A DNA stretch of 64,000 nt, from NCBI RefSeq assembly GCF_031769215.1, contig NW_026782479.1, positions 434,001 through 498,000 of the forward strand. The letters are read 5' to 3'. This DNA is from Ylistrum balloti. Taxonomy: Eukaryota. Position 1 is the stretch's first letter, and every line of letters begins with the position of its first letter. Below are positions 24,701 to 39,003 of this stretch, in pieces. Both the position numbers and the translations under genes were made by a program. The notes under the pieces were generated by a model. The model saw nothing but the letters and a program-made list of their open reading frames with translations, had not been told where the DNA came from and ran no database searches.

Positions 24701-27700
24701 TGGGGTGAAGAACAAGATACAACAATCAGTGGGTCACAAAAAATATGGAGCACAGGAGAGGGGAACTGAATTTAGGGTTACTGAGCTATTACTGTTTCCT
24801 TGTTGGCTCATCAGGAGAGGAGGTGTCATGCTGGGTAGCTGATGGTGGATGTGATGAGAGGTGACAGTTATCACTCAAGTGATCTATGGTAATATTTACA
24901 TTTTGTGTGCTGGAGTAGTCTCCCTTGGATATAACTCTTTTTGTCAATGGAAATATTTTTACAGGCAGACATTCTGTTGAGAATCATTACAGATGGTTTT
25001 TGTCATTTTCACAAAAAAATATAAGAATTCTCTTGACTTATCAGTGATAAAGGCAACATTTAATATAGTTTTTAGCTGATGTGAATTTTTTTTCTAATCT
25101 ATGGCATAGATGCCATGCAGTGCTCACATTTGTATTTTTTCTGTTTGTGATACAGTGATCCAACTAGGAATTCTGCTCTTTACTTCAGTGTTATGTGTTA
25201 TTTTGATAATTGTGGAATTTGAATTTGGACCTGTCTGGAAGACCAATCATTCTTATAACAGTGTCCTACTGATGAATTTATAAAGTAAATAAACATATCT
25301 GTGATTACCATGTCTAGCTCTTCAGGCTAGGAAAAATGAAGCAAAATGAATTGTTGTGATATATGTTATTTCAGTTTATTTTTGGTTGATGTTTCTGTTG
25401 TGTTTATTACTTAACAAGATACAGAATTCTTTCTCCATTTATCAGTTTTTATGATATTATCCTATCACCATTTATTATAGCTACACTGAATGGCCACTTT
25501 CTGTATACAGAAATACTGAGTGATAATATATAAGTAGGTGTATAATATATATGATTGCTCATATAAAACAAAGTTTCAGAATAATTGATATTAAAAGATA
25601 ACTTTAAAGCTCTGAGGCTATGGTGCAGAACCCATTAATGATGTACATTACAAGAAATTAATGCAATACAGGCCCATCAAACAGTAAGTTTACATCTTAA
25701 CAGATGTGATGTGAACTTTTGATACTGAAATCCTGTGATCATATAACTCTTTAATTAGATGTCCATAATCAAAAAAATATCTTGATAAAAAGTCAAATAT
25801 TTTTGAGTGTTATCCATAAACTTATTCATCTGTAGTTTTTGTCACATATAATCAGTGAAAATGTTCAAAAACGCATACTCAGCTTCTTTGATATAAAATG
25901 TTTAGAACACATAAGTTTGTATCACTAAATTGATCCCTCCATAATAAGGATACTTAATGGCTACTTTAGGGTTGTAACCTGTTGGTGTGATTCTAAGAGC
26001 CCCAGTCTGAAACTCTGAAGTATCTCAAATGTTACCATGAGATCCCAGACAGTTGGAGATATTTTTGAAGTGTGTATGCAGTGATAAGCAAAGCCTTGTT
26101 AAGACTTCTGGGTTTATATATGACTTGCTATGCATGATAAGAGATTCAAATGAAAGATTTCCTATAAACATGATCCCCAATCATGACTTCTTTATATCTC
26201 AATGCAAAGTGTTATATCCATTTGGTATAAAACATATATCACTTGATTTACCAAAGTTTACCATAGCTGATATTTTTTATATACTTCAAAAGTAAATGTG
26301 TTTTTTTTCGTAAAGTAAGCAACATTTCAAATGAGATATGCTGTAGGGACTTTGTCACCACATTACTATGTTATGATCAAGTTAAATTTCAAGAGAGAAA
26401 ATGTAAATATTAAGTAAGAATTTTTAGTGTATTGTATAGACATATATTTATGGTGCTTGGAGATAGGAGTCATTTAAGAAGTGATTTGCTTTTTGTCATT
26501 TTGGGAATTAAAATTTTGAATTGTTACAAAATTTTAAGGGGAAAATTTAACGTAGTAAAGTAGAGAAAAAAAAATCATGAAAATGATTTGATGCAGGTTT
26601 TGTTTACTTACTTAGAAATAAGAACAAAATACAATAAATTATTGAACTAGAATAGGAACATTTTGGTATTTTAGCAGGTGCCAGTTTGTTAAAAACCCAG
26701 CACACTTGAGAAATGTATCCGTCCAGATGTGAGAGAACACAAATGGTGATGTTATCAACAGATAGTTGTAGGCCAAACCCCATATGGTCGACAAAAAACA
26801 CAGCTTCAACCTCATAAAGCATCGAGGTCTTTCTCTGCATGTATAACTATTCAAAGGCTGTGTGACCCCCATATGTAACCAGTATGTATGGAACGTTTCC
26901 AGATTCTACTGAGCATCTCTCAAAATAGATAATTGTACACAAGAGAATATGATATATATATATTTACCAGATGTATCAGTTGGTTGACTCTTTTTTACAT
27001 CTTTGTTTTCATGGGGATTCTATATGTATATATGTATGTTCCACCTTTCTGTACTTGTATTACTTAGTTGTAGAATTTAGTAGTCAAGGACATGAAATTC
27101 TTCTGCAGTTGTGATTGGGTCATCCATAATTCTAAGTTGGAGGTGAGACTGAGAAGGATTCAGATATTTGCTGGCAGGTTGAAATGTGTCAGATATATGA
27201 AATGACATACATTTTTTACATTCTAGTAGGTTTCATTGATCTTTCAGAATTCAACCTATACTATGACCATTGTTGAAATTTGGTTTTCAAAGAATTTCAG
27301 GATTCAATACCCAGTACATTGTATTTGTACTTAAACTGGGAAACAGAATGGAAATACTTGTTTGCTGTACTGTGACAGATGATTTAGGTGGATAAAATGT
27401 TGTATAAAGCTGTGGAAAGTACAGTCCTGTGCTCATGTCTGTAAAATGGATATAAAATTTACAGTCGTATTTTTCAATCAGGGAAAGAAGAGAGTAGCTA
27501 GACAATTCTTATCTTGGGTGTTGTTAAGGAATTAAGCCACCATGAGAAAGTTTCCTCCTATGTCCAATTTGACTGTAAAATAGACCTCAGTGATGAGATC
27601 ACGTGAGAGGCCTAACAGGCACAGAACCCCTGTGTAACTGACACAACAATCACCATCTTCACAGCTTCTTAGAAATATCGTGTTGTGGCAAGCTTCCACC

Positions 27701-28278
27701 CTGAGAATTTCTTAAGGCATTCAGTAAGGTCGTTTATGAAATATGTATTTTATTTTTTTTGTGGAAAAAGAATCTAGGCCCGGAGGAAATATATTAATTT
27801 TATGGTTATAATGAGAATTCTGTGTAGAACATTATAAATTTTTTGTATGTGGTTGACTTTGATGTGATTAATGTTACAGTGTTTACAACCAAGGGAGTTG
27901 TGTGGAATGAGAAGACGGGGTGATATTAATTAGTTGTCCATATATAGGGTACTTAAAATTTGACATTAACCTTAACTGTCTTTACAGAAATTGGTTGATT
28001 GTGAAATTGGCTAGGTGAAAGGCAGCAGGATTTTATTTTATCAACTTGTTAAGCACATGCTGGTTCCTGTGAGTTTGACGTAAAATCATCATAACTGTGT
28101 TAATTAAGTCTCACTTGAGGTGACTGTTGGGTTAGGGAGCTGAATCTTAATTTTAATAAAATTGGAATCCAAATGAGGCGAATATATCTTACTGCTTTAC
28201 AACAAGGACAGACTAAAGATCACTTGGTTTTTTCAGAACATTTTCTTCAGATTAGTGATGTCAAAAGAATAAAAGTTT

Positions 28279-28845
28279 AATAACACAACCAGTAGAGGAT
28301 TAGAATGTGGCATTTCCATACCTACACAGTCACATCTATCAGATAAAGTACCAGCATGGAGCGTACCTTTAACTGATGTACGTAGTGTACAAGATGGTAA
28401 GGCATCGACCAACTTTTTTGACTGTACTGTAATACTATGTATGCTGAGGTTAAAAATAGTGTGACGAGATGGTAACAGTGTACTGTAGTTGTTTCAGCTT
28501 TGTTTAACACTTGGTCATAGTTGAGATAATCATGAAGGTGATTGTGTAGTCATGGAAAGTCCCACTCTAATCCTCTACTGGTTGGGTTGTAAGATGAAGG
28601 TGACAATGAAGGCATCGAAAATCCCACTCTAATCCTTTACTGGTTGTGTTATAACATGAAGGTGACAATTTATGCATTGAAAGTCATATTCAGATCTTCT
28701 ACTGTTTGTGTTAAATGAAGGTGACCATGTAGTCATCACAAAAACGTCACACTCTAACCTTTTGATAATTGTGTTATAAGATAAAGGTGACAGTGTTACC
28801 AATGAAAAGTCACACTCTAATCTTTAGCTGATTGTGTTACAAGAA
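28279..28845. repeat. Degenerate ~61-bp tandem array (about 5 units, 28535-28845) with one inverted unit (28279-28335)
   Basis: Unit core cccactctaatcctctactggttgtgttataagatgaaggtgac. The reverse complement of 28279-28335 aligns with 28535-28592. Confidence 0.75.
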
Positions 28846-28849
28846 CTTC

Positions 28850-29700
28850 TATTTTACCGTTTGATTTTATACGTCCCTTGGCAGATAGAACTACATCTAC
28901 CTCAATAGTCTTCAAATGTATGGCTACCATCCTGGTGCCTGAAGCTTCATGTTCTGTAAACACTAATTAACCCCTCGAAAATTCTGTTCCCCTATCCACA
29001 CATTTCTTATTCCAATATATAGATTCTATCCATTCCCTTGATCCTGTAACCTGCAAACATAACCAAATATGTCGTCACACGTGATACTAAATAATATATT
29101 TACTTATATATGGGGAATACAATATATTGGTCTTTAAGGTTCAGTGACCCTGTCCTTCAATGGTATCCTTGTTCACATTGCTGTGTGTGTTTGGTCTGTG
29201 TGCTGTGGCGGTTGTGTACTTGGCCAAGGTATCTTTACCCTAATTGCTCTGGACGGTATGCAATGGGCCTCCTGTATCTTGTTCAGTTAGATTCGAAGCT
29301 ATCTGAAATCCTTTATTTTGGATTAGTGACCCTTGTCTTTGAAGTCAGATGTCCAGTTGAGGACATTTTGACCTACATAGTAACCTCCACTCCCTGTCTC
29401 TGGATCAGAGCCCCTATCCTTGAATAACAACATCCTTCGACAGTATCCATGGTATTGTGTTTGAAGTTTGTTGGATGTCCAGTTGCAGAGCACCTGACCT
29501 ACATTACATGCTTGGTTGGCTTGAGTGATGACTGTTTTGTTGCTCATAATCTATCAGTTACCATGTTATTGGTAGGTCTGGGCACTTATCCAGCAATAAC
29601 AACACTAAGGCCCACTGAAACTCCTCTTCATGGTGGACTGACTACCACCAACCTGGAACGTCTTTGTTGATCATTATCAAAAGGGGATGTATAATTCATA
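28850..29700 (-). mobile_element. Decayed retroelement-like coding remnant (gag/protease-like, uncertain)
   Basis: Stop-interrupted minus-strand frames with an internal ~117-bp duplication (tgtaggtca...caactggacatc) and a segment HEASGTRMVAIHLKTIEVDVVL. Judged by eye only. Confidence 0.25.
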
Positions 29701-30649
29701 TCGAAGAAACTTCAGGGAGTGTAGAATCGAAAATGAACAATTTGTGGAGAAAATGAAAAGGACCTTCCAGCTGGTTCCCCTCCAGGCTCTTGTCAAAATC
29801 CTGTAATTCTGCTTGTTAAAATGACCAGTATTGTTATTGTGAGTGACTATAGTGTGAAGCCTTTTCAAGGTCAGATCACTTCCATCAGTAATAAACATGT
29901 ATGGTTTTCACCTCTGTACAATTTAGGACAGTTTTATGACTGCATACACAGTAAGCCATACTGGCTCATTTGTACACAGGTAAATCTCTATAACAGTGTA
30001 ATGTGCCACCTCTACCACTGATCTCACCTTGTCTTCTGTCAACAACAGATGTCGCACGACAAATCGTATTTTACTTTCTTTGTCACATTACAAAATTATT
30101 TTCTTGTGATGAAGTGTATTAATACCAAATAAGCCATCTGTGATATCTATTATTATTGACAATACATTGCTTTTTTTGCTTTAGATTGACATTGACGCAG
30201 ATTCCAAGAAACTGGATTATTAAACACAATGTAGTTATTTAATTTCACATTGCTTATATTTCATGATTGTCCCAGTTTGAACTAGTTCATGGTTATCAAA
30301 TTTTACGTATATCTATGAACTGGTGTTTGGATATACCAGAATATCGTATATTTTATGAGATTTTTGTTCATCATAGAAGTATTTTCTGGGTATTTAATTT
30401 CTTGCTGACTTCATTGACAACAAATATAGCGAAATTAAATATCCTGCCCATATCACTAACTATACATTAAGATAAAGGTCAGGTATAGTGAAACGGAATG
30501 TTAAACCCTTGATTTTTATATGGTTAGCACTAGAGCACAAGTCTGAAAACTTTCAATGTCCTGTTATTTAAAGCAATATTCAACACAAGAAGAAAAACAT
30601 TGTTGCAGCCATGTTACTGTTAATGATGAACACACAGTTTTCACTGATA

Positions 30650-32050
30650 AATTGTGAATATTCAGAGCACATAGAAGTGCAGTATGATCATATTTAAAAA
30701 AATTTCCAAACAGCTTTTAGCGATATACTGATCACTCTTGCTGCAATAGTTAGAGATATGCACAAGGTTTTATCTTATACTAGCTGTGGTCAGAAACTTT
30801 GGAACACAGGGAAGAGAGAGAAAAATACACAGTCTCCTGCTTTAACTTCAACATCAGGCTGTCAAATCCTGATCACTGTGTCTAAAAAAAATAGGATTTG
30901 ATTCCAGTCATTGATGACATAAAATAAGATTTCACATGATACAGATCTGATTGTTTTCATCACAGAGAAATTACTGTATTGAGAAAGAAGTATTATAACT
31001 TTGTACCTTACTGATTTGACCCTGACCTGAAAGCCCTGCTATCCACCATCTGGTGCCTGGCCACTTAGGTCTAGAGATAACAATCCAAGGACTGGGTGTG
31101 AACAGATACCCTTGGAGTCCCCTGGAGGTCAAGGAATGTCAGCAAGCTTGGTCCATTACTTGGTCCATTTCTCTTAAAATAAACATGGGATACAGATGGC
31201 TTCAAACTAAATAAGCATGAGATGGGTCATATTTCTTCCCTAATAATTATATACCGTCTCAAACAAATTTAATCGTGACACATTCAGAGCTTCATATTTG
31301 CTTAATACTGACATTGCCTTGATGTAAAACATTTTTTGATATTAACTTAAGCATGGATCTTCCCATGAAAGAACTGTTCACATTTCTGACATAATTTTAG
31401 TCCATTAATAAATGAATTCCATACTTTCAAACAGCAGAATTTAAATACCCATCATAGTAAATCATAGACCACCGTATGCCAAGTCCCTCAGAAATTATGC
31501 AATATCTGACAAACTTATAGGTCACCAATCTATTACCATTAATTTTTTTTTTTTGACGACAAATTGAATTTTTACTACAACATTTTGACCTTGATAATTT
31601 GATTCACCAATGAAATCTTTAGAATAAATTTGGACAGCGTGTCTAATGTACATGATAGAATTTGCTTTCCGCATACATCCGGTTTCCCATGATACATTCC
31701 AATCAAGCTCTACATCAGGTTAATTATCTCCCATTAATTTCTAGATTTGTTGTACACACCTTACATAACGTTCTGATTCTGACCTTGACCTATTTCCTGA
31801 GTCTCCCTGACTCACCAGGCTCTCTGTAAATTTTAACTCCTTTAGATAATATATATGAGTCTTCCGAGTATGTAAGATTCTGACAGGGAACATGGGACTT
31901 GATATACCCTGCAAAGACTCAATGTGTAGATTTAACTTGAGATGGCATAACCCAATGCTCTTTTGATTGTGCTTTGATATGACCTTGCCCTGACATGCTG
32001 TGCACTTGGGTATTTTAGTGTGAGGCACTCCTGTTTACCACATGCTAGAC
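30650..32050 (-). mobile_element. Decayed CR1/L2-like LINE (PHD-like region plus APE endonuclease remnant)
   Basis: CTACQGKVISKHNQKSIGLCHLKLNLH (PHD-like), followed in order by decayed endonuclease-like motifs (FLRDL..., NYVRNV...LISKN, ENNQICIM, YDHTALLCAL) with many stops and frameshifts. Confidence 0.4.
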
Positions 32051-32779
32051 AAGTCTTGTCCAGAATGCAGTTTACTGTTTGTCAGCAGCTGGAACTTGTT
32101 ACAAATTAAAAGGTTTTTGAAAACAATTTTATGTGTGATACAGCCTTATTCTCAGCATGTCGTCTGTTCCACTTCTTGGTATAGAGTAATTTGATTAGAA
32201 ACTTTCCCTCCACATCTGACAGTGCTAGCCTGTTAAGGGTTTTGGTGTCCCAGTCTGTCTCTAGGGTTTGTGCTCTTATCAGGTCTTGGTATGAAATGTC
32301 TGGTAAAGTTTGGGCTCTGGAGAAAGCTGGTCAGAGTGAGCCAACATTTCCATTCTGCCTGTTCACTTGTCAAAGAGGGATCAATTTATAAAAAGTGTGG
32401 ATGTATTTCTTTGGTCAAAACCTGACACTTATATAGCTGTAAAAGATTTCACAGAATGCCTCTGGATTGGTATTAGATTCTGCAATACATCTTAGCTTTC
32501 TGGTTAAATTTGTGTGACCACAGAGATAGACATCCATCAATGGATGTACGAAATCAACTGTTGTACTGAAGAGAACAAACATGTATTTTTATAGTTTCTG
32601 CGTTTGATATTATGTTTGTGATTTTTCTGGTACAGATGGTATTTTTGCGCTTGGAACAGACTGTCATGCTGTCGGTAATGTCTGCAATGTCAGTGGATTT
32701 GTGTCAGAAATGACTGCAGATGTGTGAAAAATCTTTAATAATGAAGCATTACTACATCCACATCCAAACAGCTATGTAC

Positions 32780-33060
32780 TCATGGATGGTTTTCAACTGA
32801 TTCTGTGTATGTTTGGATATATCTGGAACAAGCTATATTCCACTTCATTGTTTTTGACGAGGATCTTTTAATTCTAGATTTTGTGATTCTTTATGCAAAT
32901 TATTTTGGAATAGATATATATGTATTGTTTATAATGATTTTTGACATGTTCTTGGAGGCATTTTCAACAACAAAGTTTCAGAAGTGTGTAAAGATTGGAG
33001 AATATACATGGAAGCGAATTTGAAACACTTCAAGAAATTTGAAACAAGTGCTCACAGCTG
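32780..33060 (+). mobile_element. Decayed L1/Tx1-like LINE 3' end
   Basis: DEDLLILDFVILYANYF and RIYMEANLKHFKKFE resemble the extreme C-terminus of Tx1-clade ORF2. Judged by eye. Confidence 0.3.
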
Positions 33061-36000
33061 TTATTGAAGACCATCAAGAACCTGCTGACTTTCTATACCA
33101 AAGTGCCATTTTAATTTATAAATTGTGTGATACTCGTTCAAAAATCGTGCAAGGATCATAATGCAGGCTTTTATGTATGCAGATATTAGTAAGTTGTGTT
33201 CTTACATTTATTTCATGCCGATTGAGAAGCTTCAAGTTGTATAAAGTTATTATTTTAATCTGTAGTTGTTTGTGATTAAGACCCCATATTGAGAGGCTTA
33301 AAATGTCAACTGTATATAATGATATAAAAAACAGAAAATAAAATGCGTATAAGCTTTTAAGCCCTTGAAGCTGTCACAGAATGACCTAAGTATCCCTCGA
33401 AGTGACAAAATCTCCTTATCATTGAAATTTCTCCTATATATAATTCTAAAGTTTTGTAGTCATGTCACTTTTAAATTACATGCAGAAATTACATTTGCAG
33501 GCAAATGCATATCTTGTGAACTAGGATTGCTTAATTTAGGTGTAATGTTGTTTCAACCTTCCTCTAGGTCAGGTTGACACTATAGGCTACCTTCCTGTTA
33601 TAAAATACCATAATTGATTATAATAAGTCCCTGTTGATGCCGTAAAAAGCCCACCCTTTAGTAGTTAAACTGATTTTAGATATATGTGTCTGGAATAAGC
33701 TCTTTCTGCATGTAATGTTAAAATTTCATATTTATAAAGCTCTGAGGTTTCCTCTAAAAATATCCAGCATACACTCAGGTTTTATACAGAGGTGTGATCA
33801 CAAGTTTTAATATGGTATCTGTGTTACCAGACAGGTGATAAACTGTCTTCAACATAAATGGTGGTCTCCCTAAGAGGTCCTTCAGGTCATCAGCACCTGA
33901 GGTTGAGATCTCTGCATCAGGAAAATTACAGGTAGATACAAAGTATTTACACGTACCTGTGACAGATTCTCTCGTTATGTGTTAATCATATAGACACACA
34001 CCATTATCATCACCCTCGGGACTTAGGAATGCAGCATGTAAACAGGTACATTGTATAGTTCTTGTGCATTAAGACATGACAAAGACATCAACATACATCT
34101 CAGTGAGTTGATATAATCTATTTCCTTACTGCATATATCTGTGTTATCAGAATAATGATGTTTCTGCCGTTGGAACTTATGTTTTGCACAATAAAGCATA
34201 AGAGAATTGGTTAATCTATTTGAGGTGATACTGACTGGCAACATGTATAACACTGTAGTTGGAACTTCCAATGTTAAAAATGAAAATATTTGTTAAATGC
34301 AGATAATCAGTAGTATTCATGTTCAGAGATTTATTAAATTTTCTGTTCCAGATTGATGAATTTATTGACTGAAGTCATTTTGTTGTCCTTTTACATCTTA
34401 AAATCAATCCTTTAACTTACATCATAAATTCTTATGTACCAGCATTGTAAGATTGACACCAGGAAACTTTTACACAAATTTCAGTTTAATGCAGATTATG
34501 ATATCCCCTGATAATATTTTAGATCAAGCTTGCAAGATTATGTGCATCAAAGTTTATTTAAAGTCTGACAAACATCGTGCTGCAGATGTTTTAGTACAGA
34601 TGCCTTGTTACCAGAAGATCTATCATTGCCCTACATTTCGTATAAATTGGAATGTTGTTAGGGGGCTTCAGTCTAACATGTGCTTGGCTCATCTTATCTT
34701 GACAACAGCAGACAATAGATCGTTGTCTAGTTCCATGCAGTCAAGGTCATTTGTCTGCATCATTTTGCTATTTTGAATCATGATGTAATGGGGTGGAGTT
34801 AAAATGTATATGTATCATAGTCAATAATTTATATGCATATCAGATTGAGACAAACAAAAGCTTAAAGATCTGTTGGATTCCTAGACAGTTACAATTTAGA
34901 TCTGCTGTAGATATATCTTAGATACATATTCAGTCACTCTGATCTTGTTTTTCACCTTATTTGGCATTGTTCTTGTTAAAATGTTGATCAGAGGTTATGA
35001 CGTTGTACTAATATTTCATTTACAACAAGATGAAGGATGGAGCACCAGCGTGTGGGATTCGGTGGATTTAGATTTTATTGGCTTACATGTTTCGGTTGGC
35101 CTACCAATATTTCATTAATGTAGTTGTGATATGTTTTCAATAATGCATACCGATCACTGAAGTATCTGTTAAATGATATAAAGGATGAGTTGGTCAAGGC
35201 CTTGCAATTAAAAGGACAGAAATGATATGATAAGGGTAATTAAACTTTTGCGATAAAATATGACAAGTTTTTTGTTAAAAAATTCAAATTGTTCACTTTA
35301 TTCGTGTAATGCTAAATTAATGGACATACACGTACATAGATATGATATCTGTTTAACTAGACAGGAATATTTGAAGGATAACTAGAATTATGTTTCATGC
35401 TGCAGATACGGTATTAGAGGGGGAGGGAGGGGGAAGGGAGGTGTCAAGGAATGTAGACAGTATAGAAAAGTATTATCTACTGGTAATATCTGTCTGCATG
35501 CTGCTCTTAATGACTCATTCTTTACAACCAAATCCTGATAGTACTCGGCTATCAAACAGTTCCTCTGTTAAAAGTGGTAAAAATCTTACAGATTTGATAG
35601 CGAAAAATGTTCTGTCAAAATATATGGTGGAGTCAGCTTAATGTGCTTTTCTTTTTTGATGAGGTGAGGAGGGGGTCAGGTTCTCGAGAGAAGGAATCAT
35701 GATTCATTCACTACTGCATTGATCATATACTTGTGAGCTCTCCTGTGTGAGAAAACCACAAAATTGCTGTCAATCAGTTATGCTGTTATGTGCCAAATGT
35801 GCTAAGGCTAACCTATAATAGATGGAATGATATGAAATACATGTCAAGCAGATGGACAGAATATTGGTAAATGGCAGTGCTCAAATTAGTTAATATCATA
35901 TAACTCTTCAGAATTGAACTTCATGATTCATTATGAATGTGAGAGTTTAAAACTCATATAAAATGGAAATTTGGCATAGAAAAGCAATTTAATAAAAGAC

Positions 36001-37149
36001 TGTGATTTTATGGCTTCATTAAACAGATGTTTAATTTCATTCAAATCACAGGTACATGAGTTGCACTATAACAAGGAAAGAGTTTGGATCTATCATTTAT
36101 ATAATACAGATCACCTTTTCTAGTATAGTTTGTATGTCTGGTTTGTACCCATACCATAACGCACATGAAATGCACAGTATTTATCATCAATTGAACCATA
36201 CATGATAATAACTAGCTATTGCTGTCCAGTTATTTACAAATGAATATTTTTTCCTTTGTCCGGTAATACGCCCCATTCCATGACATTGAGTAAGTATATA
36301 ACATGCTAAATACAATAATTTGTATACTGAAAATGATTTGTTTACAAAGGAGAATATTCTAGGCATAGAACTAATGGTGGAAAAGCAGAAATATATAGTG
36401 AGTACAAAATAGACTACTACATAGTGAAACCTGCATATCTATCTGTTAAAATTTCTGATATGTAAAAATGGTAAAGTTTATGGTGATTAGAATAATATAT
36501 GTTAATGTGTGTGGACTGTGTGTTGCACACCACAAAGCTTGGATTATATATATATATATACCTATATATCTATTAATTGATATCTTAATTTGCCAAAGGT
36601 TATTAAAACAACACAGGGGAGATAAATCCTCTATATTCTCAAAGGTCATGGTCAAATGTTTTGTCTATCAAAGATGCAATGATATTTACTGTTTGGGTAA
36701 ATAAGTTGGTTACAAATTACACATGTGTAAGCCAGCAGTGTATTGTGGTATTAATAGCCAACGATATGATGCTCTGTTGAACTGTAAACTATCAGTTATA
36801 GGTTTACACAATACACACACATTTAGTGTTGGTGACGAAATCTTAGCAGAGTAATAGAATGTAAATTTCCCACACTAATCTGATCTGGAAAAAAAGAAAA
36901 TGTTTTTAATGTAAGAGTCTTATAAATTGTATGGAAACCTTGGGATTTATTTACATACTTACGTCAGAGGATTGAAATATACCTTTAAATGTTATAATGA
37001 TATATATCGAAGGCAACAGAATTCACTGAAACTTTTTTCCAGTAGCGAGCAGTACATTTGGGAGATACCTTTTCAATGTATCTGCATTGCGTACCACCAT
37101 AAAAATGTGATGCTTTTAATCCTTATGTCTTTGATCGAAACAAAGATAT

Positions 37150-38200
37150 AATTTATCTTCTGGTTGGTTTGTGGTACATTTCACTTTATTTTGCAAGCTT
37201 GTGTTTCGGCAGAGTTTTGTGGGAACATTGCTGGGCTCTCTTTAAAATGGATGACACATGTTGATAAAAATACAGTTGGGACTTTCAGCCTGTTTAAAGT
37301 TTGCTATGATTTTGGTCCTCAATTACTGTGATATCTTTGGAATGATCCAAAGAGTTTTTGATGTTCAATTTTTTTAAAGTTATATATCAAGCTAGAGGTT
37401 GTTTTCAATACCAGATCGACTACATTTATACTTATCAACTCTATTCCTGTGTTCCTAACCATGAATGATGTCGCCATATGCCTCAATCAATTAATTATGT
37501 CCAGTTGCAATGTCTGTGATCATCTCATGTTTATGTGATCATCTCCTCATATATCTGTAGGATCCGCTGAAGTATTGCTACAGGTCAAATAATGGAAGGC
37601 TTTTGGTAGACAGTTAGACAGGAATACACATTATTTTGGTCTCGGCTGCATACTGTGTTGGGAATTGGATTTTGACATGCTTGATGTATCACAATTATTT
37701 CGTACATTCTAACAAGGCTTGAACATCATAGACCACTATAATGAAACAGATAATGGTAATCAATTCTGATTCACATTACAGACAGGATTATATTGATTTT
37801 TGATATTTAAGTATAGGGTAGTTGCTTACACCAGAAATTGAACAGCAGTGTTTTTGTATTGGATGACACTGACAATGTAATATTCAACACTTCCCTTATT
37901 TATGTGTGTGTTAATGAAAGGACATTAAACACAACACATAAAATAGGTCATTTTTTTCTAACATTTTCAGTTGACTCCGATCAGATGAAAATTTACATAT
38001 ATTCTGAGTTATAGAATTGACATTTATGAATGAAACTTCAATTATGTTTCCAATATTCAAATTTTTCTCTGATATGCCATTTAACTTTAAAACTGTCTCC
38101 CAAGTGAAGCCGATGATTCTTTTTCTAATTGAGTAATTCAAATCTGGTTCTGATACTAAATCTTTATCCAATACCATTTCAGCAATATTTTTCATTTCAT
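37150..38200 (-). mobile_element. Decayed LINE endonuclease-like remnant
   Basis: ORF 37911..38195 contains VSFINVNSITQNICKF (N-x-x-S start of an APE domain), followed by decayed TVYQKPS, YGDII and HPF*REP segments. Confidence 0.3.
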
Positions 38201-38919
38201 ATATGAACAGAGTATAGTCTAGTAATTAATTCCTAGTTCATCTTCTGGTGATCTATACACATTTCATTAGTCTTTTGGTCAGTTTGGTAGCTTATCTTAG
38301 TTGTGATGGTATAGAATGTTTCACTTTCTGAATATGATCTGGTTGGTAATGATTGAGTAGAGTAAGAAAGCCTGACAAAAGGTTAATTGCCAGATTGATG
38401 TGATTTCCAACCAGAGAAACAATCTGTAATTAATTTATCTCGGGACTGACCAAGCTGGTGATTATATCCTCAATATAAGTGTCGGCACCAGAACAAGGGA
38501 CACAACTCCTGCATAATTGTCTCAAAGTCTGTAATAAAGGGTATTGTTGTAAATCTAATGAACCAAAAACATTGTTGATGGTTGATTAAATACCTAGACT
38601 TCTTTCTTTTCTTTTTTTGTATTGTTTCTCTCTCTAATCAGGCAGCTGACAATTCTCACTTAAGGCATTTACGTCATATTTTGTCCATTGTGATATTTTT
38701 ATTGTCTAAGCAAATCAACTTAGGCAAAGCTTTGTGTATGTTTTACATTGTGCTGTATTATCCCGACTGAAATTATCTTTGGACAGTACTAGTGATCAGA
38801 CACTGACTTAAAATTTTTATATGAATGTTTGTGACTTTACATATAAATCAGTCAGATTACTAATGTCATCTTTTTGTTAGTATCAGCATATTTTATAATG
38901 TTTATCATTTTCTTTTCAG

Positions 38920-39003
38920 GGGACATAACTCAAAAAGGGTTTGACAAGAAGAGAAGTAAGCTCCTTGCCCCTTTCAATGTACAGCAGCCACCGCAAGACA
39001 CAG
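38920..39003 (+). CDS. DIP2: DIP2 exon 2
   Basis: (G)DITQKGFDKKRSKLLAPFNVQQPPQDT; 84 nt, phase 1 to 1, acceptor ttttcag, donor GTCAGT. Confidence 0.95.

Noticed and set aside
27536-27583. Perfect Kozak GCCACCATG in DIP2 intron 1
   Set aside because: The ORF is only 13 codons, with no in-phase donor to join exon 2.
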